60,692 nt of DNA from Bacteroidota bacterium (GTDB taxonomy: Bacteria > Bacteroidota > Bacteroidia > Bacteroidales > JAADGE01). Below are positions 7,494-16,781 of this stretch, in pieces (the stretch's first letter is position 1; every line of letters starts with the position of its first letter). Below the pieces are notes generated by a model. It did not search any database, was not told where the DNA came from, and saw only the letters and a list, made by a program, of their open reading frames with translations. Position numbers and translations under genes: made by a program. The stretch is taken from assembly GCA_034659855.1 (NCBI GenBank), contig JAYEIA010000199.1:1-60692 (forward strand). The letters run 5' to 3'.

Positions 7494-9997
7494 TAGCAGC
7501 ACCTGATTTTTCAACAAAGGAAGGAAAAATAAACGATAAATTTAAGTTTTTTGATAAAACAGAAAAGTTCAATTTGGCAGAGCTGTTTTTGAAAAGTGGC
7601 CATGTACTTCCAAAACCGAAGAACTTTAATTTGGCAAATTTTGTTGAAAAACTAAAAGTGGAGATTGATGCAGAAGGTCGTTTTGAATCAAAAATACATA
7701 CACACGAAAACGATTTGGTAGGGGTTGATTTTAGACCCGTGAAAGGTGGCTGGCTGAGTATTAAGCCACTTAAGTTCAGTAGTTTTTATATTGCTGTGGT
7801 GGATGAATTTTTAGTTTATACCATTCATCTTTGCGGACGCCGGGGGATTTTTTCCATGCGAAAAAGAAAACAGGAATCTATTGTACTTAAAAAATTTGAA
7901 ACCACTATCAGGCGTGATTTAAATGTAAGTGAGAGCAAAGATAATCAACTGAAAAGTAATGTATTTATTAATTCAGATACCGACAGCAGAGAAGAGTTGG
8001 CTATTGGAGCGGTGAAAGAGTCCGGAGAAAAAGTTTTGGCGATTCTTCCGGTAAAAAAAATAAAAAAGAATAAAAAAGCAAAACCCCTTACTGCCCAATC
8101 TATTTACTTTGTACTTACGGATAAAGACGCAAAATTATTCGGTTTTGATAAAAAGTACAGAGTAAAGTTCACAGAAGAAATTGGAACAGAAAAACTCAAA
8201 CATAAAGGGTTTTGGTTATGGCATTCGATACATGCCAAAGATTTCAAATTTGGAATTAATCGGAAAGTATTTAAACTGTTCAAGTTACTGTTGCCGTTGA
8301 ATATCCAAACTTCGGAGATACGCATGAAAGAAATTGCTCATTTCAATTACTTAAAAAAATCACCGCTGGCAGGCAACCAATTGATGATGAACTTGGCAGA
8401 AAAAACAGGAGATGAGTTTTATGAGTTGCTCAGATTATTTTTGGCATTTTATATTACAGATATTTCTTTTCAAACACAGGAAGAGAAGGAAGCGTTGGTT
8501 AAAAAGCTAACCAACCAATTAAACACCGGTTTTGAAATTAAAAAATATAAAGATGCCCTCCATAAGTTTAATATCGGTTACCGGGGGCGACTTGTATTTT
8601 TGGAGTTAATAAGCCAAGTTTCTCAAACTATTGAGCAGTATCAGAGCAGCTTGGAATTGGCTGAATTTATTGTTTCAGATTTTAACAAGAGTTGTAAGAA
8701 TGAAAAGAAAAAGGCTTATGCAGATATTTTGTATGCTGAGCTTTTACTTAGGGCAAATGAGTTTAAAAAAGCTGAAAATGTTTTGAAAAAAACCGAAGCA
8801 AAACTGCCCGATGAGGATTTCAATTTGTTGCTTCCCGATGAAAAGTCTAATTTTTTTCACCCCACGTCAGGAAAGTTTATTCAGGCCGAATTGTACGAAT
8901 TGCTGAGCACTGCCAAAGGTCAGGAAAATGAAAAGTACGCCGGAAAATTGGCAGAAATCCAACCCTTGTCAAAGCCCAACATCAGTTCATTGGCCAATTA
9001 TGATTCAAAATTCGGAAAACGGGGAAAAGACATTTTATCCTTGTTAGATCCTGAGCAAACCCCCGGAACGGTAACAGATGTACTTCCGTCTAAATTCGGA
9101 ACATTGAAGCAAAAACATAAGAATAAAGTGTTAAAACACCGGCTGATCAGACCGGACAATGATGTTTTGGAAATAAATAAGTGGATTTCAACACTTGAAA
9201 AACCAAAATATACTGTCGTTAAGTCGTTTGCCAAGCCGCTAAACAGCGATAATTATCCTGAATTGAGTAAAATGATAAGAGCCGTTGCACAGTCGTTCTC
9301 AATTGATGATTTAGAAATATATTCAGCCAAAGGAAAGATGACCGACAGGGTGGTAGGTTATGAAGCAAAACCTCCATTCATAGTTTTCGGAGAAGATATG
9401 ATCTCAAAATCTATAAATGAACTCATCTTTGCCGTAGCTCGCGAATTGGCTTATATCAGTCATAAGCAAACTCGATTGACGGCTTCTGAAGCCTGGCTGC
9501 AAATAACGTCAAAGGCCTATTCGGTTACCGATCTTTTTAGAGAGAAAGTATCAGTCGATCGATTATCCGAAAAAGTTTTCGAAGAATTAGTAATGATGCG
9601 AGAAATGGCCAAAACCATAGAGGCTGCTAATGCCGGAAGAGATCTCTCACAAATGATTAATGCTGCCCAAACGACAAAGGATTTTGTTTTTCTGTCAGCA
9701 AAAATAGATGTTAAATCTCAAGAGCATCATAAGGTACTGGTAGCTAAGAGACTGATTCAAGTTTCGGCCGACAGAGCCGGCCTGATTTATGCAGGAAACC
9801 TGAAAAGGGCAGTCAATGCATTAATTGCATCCTATAAAATGGAAACAGGGGATATGTTACTAACTGTAAGTGATATACTAAATATGAAAAACAATGACGG
9901 AACCAATAAGTATCCCGAATTGGCCGTTCGAATTTTTAATATGCTGTCATTTTATCTGTCTGAGGATTACGATAAATTAAATTCAGCTGTAAACTAA
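7490..9997 (+). CDS. Large hypothetical protein with a C-terminal M48-zincin-like region whose metal ligands are substituted
   Basis: 835-aa ORF. Its ATG overlaps the nitroreductase stop (ATGA), suggesting translational coupling. ELIFAVARELAYISHKQ aligns to the M48 pattern xxxHELGHxxxxH, and QVSADRAGLIYAGNLKRAVNAL aligns to the ExxADxxg..G.....AL pattern. Confidence 0.55.
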   Translation: MIAAPDFSTKEGKINDKFKFFDKTEKFNLAELFLKSGHVLPKPKNFNLANFVEKLKVEIDAEGRFESKIHTHENDLVGVDFRPVKGGWLSIKPLKFSSFYIAVVDEFLVYTIHLCGRRGIFSMRKRKQESIVLKKFETTIRRDLNVSESKDNQLKSNVFINSDTDSREELAIGAVKESGEKVLAILPVKKIKKNKKAKPLTAQSIYFVLTDKDAKLFGFDKKYRVKFTEEIGTEKLKHKGFWLWHSIHAKDFKFGINRKVFKLFKLLLPLNIQTSEIRMKEIAHFNYLKKSPLAGNQLMMNLAEKTGDEFYELLRLFLAFYITDISFQTQEEKEALVKKLTNQLNTGFEIKKYKDALHKFNIGYRGRLVFLELISQVSQTIEQYQSSLELAEFIVSDFNKSCKNEKKKAYADILYAELLLRANEFKKAENVLKKTEAKLPDEDFNLLLPDEKSNFFHPTSGKFIQAELYELLSTAKGQENEKYAGKLAEIQPLSKPNISSLANYDSKFGKRGKDILSLLDPEQTPGTVTDVLPSKFGTLKQKHKNKVLKHRLIRPDNDVLEINKWISTLEKPKYTVVKSFAKPLNSDNYPELSKMIRAVAQSFSIDDLEIYSAKGKMTDRVVGYEAKPPFIVFGEDMISKSINELIFAVARELAYISHKQTRLTASEAWLQITSKAYSVTDLFREKVSVDRLSEKVFEELVMMREMAKTIEAANAGRDLSQMINAAQTTKDFVFLSAKIDVKSQEHHKVLVAKRLIQVSADRAGLIYAGNLKRAVNALIASYKMETGDMLLTVSDILNMKNNDGTNKYPELAVRIFNMLSFYLSEDYDKLNSAVN

Positions 9998-10356
9998 AGG
10001 AATATTTGTATCTCGTATTCTAAGGAATCAGATGAGATTGTAGGTTATTCTTTTGCAAAAATTCTTCAAACTGAGGACTTGGTATGCTTATTGTCACAGA
10101 AACTTATACCTAAATTGGGCAATTATGAATAAAGAGAAGTGCCAATATTTTGAGAACAAAAGCTTTAAAAAAAAAATGAGTGCACCAAATAGGTGCATAA
10201 TGTTTTTTTGTAATGTCTTTTGGCTCAAAAGATTGGTGCTTATCGAAGTTCATAATCACTCATTTTAGCTTAGAATAAAGTCGTGAATAATATTGAATTG
10301 ATATACAAAAATCAAGAAAACATTACATATTGCTTAATATTCAAAAAAAAAAACAT

Positions 10357-10364
10357 TATTTTTG
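10357..10364 (+). promoter_or_regulatory. -7 promoter box (TATTTTTG)
   Basis: Matches TAnnTTTG, 32 nt upstream of ATG 10396. Confidence 0.45.
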
Positions 10365-10395
10365 ACCATCAAACAAAAGCATTCAATAAAATATA

Positions 10396-13038
10396 ATGTT
10401 TAAAGGAAAACCAACGACATATATCATAATAGTTCTGTTCGGACTTATTATTGCGGTGAGTACCCTCTTGTTTGTTACTTATAGTAGCTTGGAGAAATCG
10501 AAAAATAAAACAGCCGAGCAAAAGCAAATCATTTTAAGGAATAACTATATTCTAAAAGATGTTTTGTATAATATTGAACGCTTAGAAGAACACGAAAAGG
10601 AAGCCAAAAACAATATAAAACAGTACGCCCTCCTATACAGATTGTCTTACAATGTCTTTAAAAACGGAGGAATTATACCGGAATATACCAAAGGTATTAT
10701 ACTCCCTGAAGCACCAAAAGTTTATTGGCAGAAAATAAAGCAAGGGAAAGAATTTATGGAAGGTTTTGTTGCAATTACAGAACTCATTCCCGAAGAGCCG
10801 GTTTTTTTGTATGATGTTATATATGTTCCTCAAAAAGTAAACGGAGGTATAACAGAAGTTAAAACAATAAAAAAAGTAAAGAACTCACAACTCCAAAAGA
10901 AAATAAAAGAACTAAAGATTATTATAAAAGAACTCAAGGAGTTAAATCATTCGTTTATTGAAATTTCCGATAAGCGTTTTCAACGGTTTTTAAATTTTCA
11001 AATTACAGCTTTTGTCATAGCTTTGCTTTTGATATTCGGGGCAACCGCCGGTTTACTTGTAATTCTCAATAAAAAAGTAGTTCAAGAGCTTAATGAGTTC
11101 AATGAGAATACCTTAGATATTAAAAAAATATTTCTCGATGAAACACAAAAGAAAGAAAAAAACTACTATCTATCCCCACTGTTTAACAGAGTCTCAGAAT
11201 TCAGGACATTCTTGGTTACTCTGAATTCATTTGTAGTAAATTTATATAATAAAAATTTTGAGACAGAACCTGACAGTTCTATTGAACAAACGCCCTTATA
11301 CAATACGCTCAATGACTTAAGAAAGAAATTGAAGCAAAATGAAGCTCACGAAGCACAAAGAAGAGCCAATGAAAAGCTGAGACAATGGGCTGTTGAGGGT
11401 AGAAACAAGATAGGATCTATTTTGCAATCGGCAGGAACAATCTCCGAACTCTCTGAAACTGTAATTGTAGGTATTGTAAAGTATTTGAATGCGGCACAAG
11501 GCGGTATATTTTTATTGAAAGATAAAGAAACCGATCAGTCCTACCTCGAAATGGCCTCAGCCTTTGCGTATGACCGAAAGAAGTTTTTGAAGAAAACCAT
11601 ACCCGTAGGAGACGGGTTATTGGGAATGGCCGCTCTTGAGCAAACAACCTACTGGTTGAAGAAAATACCTGAAGACTATATTGAAATTGAATCCGGTTTG
11701 GGAGATGCCGTTCCGAAGAGTTTAATTATTGTCCCTTTAAAAGCGGAGAATGAAATGAGCGGAGTGATGGAAATTGCAGCCTTTGAGCAATTTGAACAAC
11801 ATGAAGTGGATTTTATTGAAGAAATTGCACAAAATATCGGCTCTTCATTGCGCTCAGTTCAAATTGCAGAACAGACGGCGAAATTATTGGAAGAATCCAG
11901 AAAAAAATCAGAAGAACTTGCCAGCCAAGATACACAAATGCGTGATCGATTTAAAGAATTGCGGGAAGCTCAGAAAAAAGCCAGAGAAAATGAATTGGAA
12001 ATGTCTGCCATTGTTTCGGTGATAGACAAAAGTTTACTCAAGTGTGAAGTTGATAATAAAGGAATCATCAAAACTGCCAATCGGCGTTTTTTAACACTTG
12101 TAGATTATCATGCTGCAGAAATCAAGGAAAAAGATTTTCGAATATTGCTTGAAAAAGAGCAACAAAAGGATTTTGAAGAAAAACTAAATATAGTTTTTGA
12201 ACAAGAACATATCTTACAGTTTAGTGCAAGACTAAAAACAAAATTTGACAACCATAAATGGGTTCTGATGCAATTGGCTCCTGTCAAAAATGATTCCGGA
12301 GAGGTTGTTGAAGCAATATTAGTCGGTAATGATGTTTCTCATCAAAAAGAAATTGAGAAAAAAAATGAACAATTACTGGAGGAAACGATAGAAAAAGCGG
12401 ATCGCTTGAGCGAACAAGAGAAAGAAATGCAAACCAATATAAAGGTATTGCTGAAAACCCAAGAGGAGTTGATGAAAAAGGAGTTTGAACTAAAAGCAAT
12501 ATTATCGGCAATGGATTTGAACAATATCATCGTTGAATTTTTGCCGGATAAAAGTATTCTTAATTCAAATGAACAATTTAAAAGAGTATTTAAGGCACAA
12601 AACTTTGAACTTCAGGGAGTGGGTATTAAAAGTATTTTGAAATCGAAAAAAAATATTGTTCAAATTTGGGATGATGTATTGGAGGATGAAAATTATTCCG
12701 GAGTTGATGAATTTAATAATTTTCAAGGAAATTCGGTATGGCTGATGTACTCTTTGAGCTCTGTCGAAGACCAAAACGGCAAAGTGGAGAAGGTGGTTAT
12801 GATTGCCGTAGATATCAGTGAACAAAAAATTGCTGAGAAGAAAATTTCTGAGCAAGCCATGAAATTAGAAGCTCAAGAGCACGATATGGAGATGAATATG
12901 TCGGAAATGATGGAAATTAATTCCGAGATAGAAAAAGAGCTTGAAGCATATAAACAACAGGAGAAAAAAGAAATAGAAGAAAAAGCAAACGAAGCCGAAA
13001 AAAAATATTTTGATTGGATAGATGATTTAATCGGATAA
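10396..13038 (+). CDS. Membrane-anchored GAF + PAS-repeat coiled-coil sensor protein with no recognisable output domain
   Basis: Two hydrophobic segments (residues about 8-30 and about 205-228) are followed by a GAF-like block (GGIFLLKDKE...GLLGMAALE...LIIVPLKAENEMSGVMEIAAF), PAS-like blocks and long E/K-rich coiled coils. The GAF block is paralogous to that of the next gene. Confidence 0.7.
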   Translation: MFKGKPTTYIIIVLFGLIIAVSTLLFVTYSSLEKSKNKTAEQKQIILRNNYILKDVLYNIERLEEHEKEAKNNIKQYALLYRLSYNVFKNGGIIPEYTKGIILPEAPKVYWQKIKQGKEFMEGFVAITELIPEEPVFLYDVIYVPQKVNGGITEVKTIKKVKNSQLQKKIKELKIIIKELKELNHSFIEISDKRFQRFLNFQITAFVIALLLIFGATAGLLVILNKKVVQELNEFNENTLDIKKIFLDETQKKEKNYYLSPLFNRVSEFRTFLVTLNSFVVNLYNKNFETEPDSSIEQTPLYNTLNDLRKKLKQNEAHEAQRRANEKLRQWAVEGRNKIGSILQSAGTISELSETVIVGIVKYLNAAQGGIFLLKDKETDQSYLEMASAFAYDRKKFLKKTIPVGDGLLGMAALEQTTYWLKKIPEDYIEIESGLGDAVPKSLIIVPLKAENEMSGVMEIAAFEQFEQHEVDFIEEIAQNIGSSLRSVQIAEQTAKLLEESRKKSEELASQDTQMRDRFKELREAQKKARENELEMSAIVSVIDKSLLKCEVDNKGIIKTANRRFLTLVDYHAAEIKEKDFRILLEKEQQKDFEEKLNIVFEQEHILQFSARLKTKFDNHKWVLMQLAPVKNDSGEVVEAILVGNDVSHQKEIEKKNEQLLEETIEKADRLSEQEKEMQTNIKVLLKTQEELMKKEFELKAILSAMDLNNIIVEFLPDKSILNSNEQFKRVFKAQNFELQGVGIKSILKSKKNIVQIWDDVLEDENYSGVDEFNNFQGNSVWLMYSLSSVEDQNGKVEKVVMIAVDISEQKIAEKKISEQAMKLEAQEHDMEMNMSEMMEINSEIEKELEAYKQQEKKEIEEKANEAEKKYFDWIDDLIG

Positions 13039-13045
13039 CAAATTG

Positions 13046-13053
13046 TATTTTTG
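13046..13053 (+). promoter_or_regulatory. -7 promoter box (TATTTTTG)
   Basis: Matches TAnnTTTG, 21 nt upstream of ATG 13074. Confidence 0.4.
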
Positions 13054-13073
13054 TTCCCGGCAGTAATAAATTT

Positions 13074-15695
13074 ATGAATAACAGACAAGAAAAAATACCG
13101 GCAAGAAACACCGTTGAGTTGAAAATCTCATCGGCAATGACTTATGCAGTATTTGCCGGTCTTTTCGGTATCGCATTTCCTGTTCTGGGATATATTATTT
13201 TGTTTTTGACCGGAGAATATAGTTTTTCGCTCACCGGGTTTATACAGATGAATCGAGAGCTTCCTGTTATGATTATTATTGATACCGCTCCTTTTGTATT
13301 GTTTTTCAGTGCTTATTTTTTAGGAAGCAAAATTGGTAAAGACCGACAATTCCTAATGGCTGAAATTACCGAATTGGAGTCTGTCGTTGAACAAAACCTT
13401 GGTTTCGCTCACAAAATTGGTAACGGTGATTTTTCTACAACCAGAGAAAGTATTCCTTTTCACGATAAGTTGGGAAACTCCCTGTATGAAATGCAGAAGA
13501 ACCTTGTCAATACTTCTCAAAAAGAAAATGAGCAAAATTGGATAGGGAGAGGGAAAGAAATTATTGCTGATATACTGCGTAAACACAACAACATTGAAGA
13601 ACTGGCAGATGAAGCCCTTATAAGTCTGGTAACTTTTACCGACTCCATTCAAGGTGCATTTTATATCTATGACGAAGAAAAGGAAATACTGTCAAATGTT
13701 GCGACCTATGCCTATAATCGAAAAAAATACATCAGTCAAGAATACAATATTGGACAAGGACTTGTAGGACAGGCCGCTTTTGAAAAAAAATATATATACA
13801 GAAAAGAAATTCCGGAAGATTATTTTACAATACAATCCGGAATCTTGGGAGAAGCCAAACCCCAAACCCTATTGATATCACCCTTTTTTGGTGATGAAAA
13901 ATTACAGGGAGTTGTCGAAATTTCTTCACTTAAAGAAGAGATGCCCAATCAAATGATAATTTTGATGCAAGAATTAAGTGAGGTTATCGGACAAACCTTG
14001 TTTAATTTACAAGTAAATTCTCGTACAGAAAAACTTCTGAAAGAATCTCAAAGTTTAACCAAGCGTCTGCGAAAAAATGAGGACGAGCTCAAAGAGAATG
14101 CTCAGCAAATGGAATTATCGCAGGTGGAAATTAAAAAGTCCAACGAAGAATTAGCCGCAAAGATTTCGGAGGTAGAGCAAGGACAAAAAAGATTACATGC
14201 CTTGTTAGAAAATGCTTCCGAAGCCATTACGATTTACGATGAAAACGGAATTGTAAAATATGTAAGCCCTTCCGTGAAAAATATTTTAGGATTTCATCCC
14301 GAAGAAATGATTGGTACAAACCGGTTCAAACGTGGTGAAGCCATTCTTCAAGAAGCTTTTAACGCATTGATTGATAGTCCTAAAGAAAGTCAAACCTTTG
14401 AATATCGGTACGAAAATAAAGACAAACAAATGTTATGGTTGGAGACTATTGGGCGTAACCTGTCCACAAACCCGGCCATTAACGGAATCTTGTTTAATAC
14501 CCGAGATATTACGGTACGTAAAGTTGCCGAAAAAGCCCAACGGCTCAGTGGTGAAATGCAAGCCTTGTCTGAGAACAGTCCTGATATGATTATGCGCCTG
14601 GGACCCGACTATAAAATATACTATGCAAACCCCATGGTTTCAAAATATCTTGGAGTCAGTTCTGCCGAAGCCACCGACAACTACCTTGAGAATTTGAATA
14701 TAAGCGAAAAAATAAAAGAGAAATTTGAGTCCTATCTTAAAAAAGTAATTGAAACCGGAGAGGTTCTTGAAGAAGAAACGACTATTTCAATGACTAAGAA
14801 ATCAAAAAATATTTTCCAGTTTAATGCCATTCCGGAGTTTAATAATGACAATGAATTGGAGACCATATTGTTTGTTGCTCACGATATTACCGAGCGAAAA
14901 CAAATTGAGATTGAGATTGAACGGAAAAATAAAAGTATTACTGAAAGTATAAATTATGCCAAAAGAATTCAAACGGCAATAATTCCTGATAAGAACTATC
15001 TCAATCAGTTTATTCCCGAATCATTTATTTTTTATCGCCCGCGAGATGTTGTTAGTGGCGACTTTCCCTGGATGTTTGATAAAGGAGAAGATGTATATAT
15101 AGCAGCAGTAGATTGTACCGGGCATGGTGTACCCGGAGCCCTGTTGTCGTTTATCGGTTATTTTATACTAAATAATATTGTAAGTGAACAAGAGGGCATG
15201 TCAGTTGGTGAGATTCTTAACATGCTGCATGCACAAGTAAGAAAAACCTTAAAACAAGATTCTCCGGATGCAAAAGCACGAGATGGCATGGATCTTGCCT
15301 TATGTAAAATAAATTCAAAATCCGGAAAACTGTACTTTTCCGGTGCACACAGACCATTATACAGAGTGAGAGACGGAGAGGTAGAGGTTTTTAAAGGCGA
15401 CCCGAAAGCTATTGGCGGCAGACCGTTAAGAGCAAAAAAAGAAAAATCATTTACATCTCATGAATTAGATTTGCAAACTAAAGATCAAATTTATATTTTT
15501 TCCGACGGATTGCAAGATCAAATCGGAGGAGACAAGGGAAGAAAATATCAGGCAAGACGAATTAGAAATACAATTGCAAAATACTCTGAAAGTTCAATGG
15601 CTGAAATGCACGATGTTTTTGATAAAGAATATATAACTTGGCGAAAAAATTATAAACAAATAGACGATATACTCCTGATTGGAATGGAGTTTTAA
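13074..15695 (+). CDS. Membrane GAF-PAS-PAS sensor fused to a PP2C/SpoIIE-type Ser/Thr phosphatase (SiaA/RsbU-like)
   Basis: The N-terminus is hydrophobic and is followed by a GAF block and two PAS blocks. The C-terminal PP2C motifs are VSGDFPW, VDCTGHGVPGALLS and FSDGLQDQ. Confidence 0.8.
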   Translation: MNNRQEKIPARNTVELKISSAMTYAVFAGLFGIAFPVLGYIILFLTGEYSFSLTGFIQMNRELPVMIIIDTAPFVLFFSAYFLGSKIGKDRQFLMAEITELESVVEQNLGFAHKIGNGDFSTTRESIPFHDKLGNSLYEMQKNLVNTSQKENEQNWIGRGKEIIADILRKHNNIEELADEALISLVTFTDSIQGAFYIYDEEKEILSNVATYAYNRKKYISQEYNIGQGLVGQAAFEKKYIYRKEIPEDYFTIQSGILGEAKPQTLLISPFFGDEKLQGVVEISSLKEEMPNQMIILMQELSEVIGQTLFNLQVNSRTEKLLKESQSLTKRLRKNEDELKENAQQMELSQVEIKKSNEELAAKISEVEQGQKRLHALLENASEAITIYDENGIVKYVSPSVKNILGFHPEEMIGTNRFKRGEAILQEAFNALIDSPKESQTFEYRYENKDKQMLWLETIGRNLSTNPAINGILFNTRDITVRKVAEKAQRLSGEMQALSENSPDMIMRLGPDYKIYYANPMVSKYLGVSSAEATDNYLENLNISEKIKEKFESYLKKVIETGEVLEEETTISMTKKSKNIFQFNAIPEFNNDNELETILFVAHDITERKQIEIEIERKNKSITESINYAKRIQTAIIPDKNYLNQFIPESFIFYRPRDVVSGDFPWMFDKGEDVYIAAVDCTGHGVPGALLSFIGYFILNNIVSEQEGMSVGEILNMLHAQVRKTLKQDSPDAKARDGMDLALCKINSKSGKLYFSGAHRPLYRVRDGEVEVFKGDPKAIGGRPLRAKKEKSFTSHELDLQTKDQIYIFSDGLQDQIGGDKGRKYQARRIRNTIAKYSESSMAEMHDVFDKEYITWRKNYKQIDDILLIGMEF

Positions 15696-15706
15696 AGCTC
15701 ATAATT

Positions 15707-16291
15707 ATGGCTGAAAAATTTGATAAACAAAACTCACTGGACTTTGTCTACGATTTTTATCTTCGGATGAAAAAGAACAAAGTGCACTTAGCTTATGAAG
15801 GTGAAATTACCCACCAAATTACTAAGGCATTTACTTCTTTAACCGAAAATAATATGTCTTTGGAGAATGATACAAACTCTGTACAAAAAAAGGTGTTTCA
15901 TGTTATGGTAGAATGCTTGCAGAATATTAGCAAACATTCCGAAAACAGACACAATATTATTTCATCCAAAGACGGAAGAGGAATATTCCTGGTTAGTAAA
16001 AATGAAGATGAATATAATATAACTACCGGAAATAGCATAAACAACGACAAAGTTGACGGACTCAAGAAAATGCTTGAAAATATTAATAGTTTAGATAAAG
16101 ACGGGCTAAAACAACTTTATAAACAACAAATGAGAGAGGGTCGTTTATCTCCGAAAGGAGGAGCCGGTCTGGGCTTTATCGATATTGCCCGAAAAACAGG
16201 AGAAAAACTAATTTATTCTTTTCTCGAAATTGACGATTCAAATTCATTTTTCGTATTAACATCAACAGTATTAAGACAAAAATTAAAATAA
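15707..16291 (+). CDS. SiaB-like (GHKL/anti-sigma-type) Ser/Thr protein kinase
   Basis: 194 aa. The G-rich ATP lid GGAGLGFIDIARKTG lies near the C-terminus, and size and position (between a PP2C gene and a DUF1987 gene) fit. The gap to the upstream gene is 11 nt. Confidence 0.6.
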   Translation: MAEKFDKQNSLDFVYDFYLRMKKNKVHLAYEGEITHQITKAFTSLTENNMSLENDTNSVQKKVFHVMVECLQNISKHSENRHNIISSKDGRGIFLVSKNEDEYNITTGNSINNDKVDGLKKMLENINSLDKDGLKQLYKQQMREGRLSPKGGAGLGFIDIARKTGEKLIYSFLEIDDSNSFFVLTSTVLRQKLK

Positions 16292-16297
16292 ATAGAG

Positions 16298-16684
16298 ATG
16301 GACGTAATTAAAATTCAAGGTACCGATGATACTCCAAAAGTAATTCTGGATGCAGGAAGTGAGCCATATATGGAAATATCAGGGCGATCTTTGCCCGAAG
16401 ATGTGGTGGCTTTTTATGACCCAATTTTAGACTGGTTGGATGAATATACCGAGAGTTCTCCCGATAAAACAGTATTTAATTTTAAGTTGGAGTATTTCAA
16501 TACTGCCTCTTCAAAACTTTTACTCGATATTCTTTTGAAATTGGAGCAACTTCACGAAGATGACCATGATGTATTGGTCAGATGGCATTTCCCCGATGAT
16601 GATGAGGACATGGAAGAGGCCGGAGAGGAATATGCTGATATTGTTGAGGTTCCTTTTGAGCAAGTCGGTTATACTTTAGATTAA
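16298..16684 (+). CDS. DUF1987 (SiaC-like) partner-switch phosphoprotein
   Basis: 128 aa. ISGRSLPEDVVAFYDPILDWLDEY and FKLEYFNTASSKLLLDIL match my recollection of the DUF1987 pattern. The tail is acidic. The gene starts 6 nt after the kinase gene. Confidence 0.6.
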   Translation: MDVIKIQGTDDTPKVILDAGSEPYMEISGRSLPEDVVAFYDPILDWLDEYTESSPDKTVFNFKLEYFNTASSKLLLDILLKLEQLHEDDHDVLVRWHFPDDDEDMEEAGEEYADIVEVPFEQVGYTLD

Positions 16685-16781
16685 TTATAGACAAAGCCCT
16701 GCTACCGGCAGGTCAATTCAACATAAATACAGCTTCTGTAATTCCTGAAAATATGGAATTTATAAAATTTAACCTTAAAAA

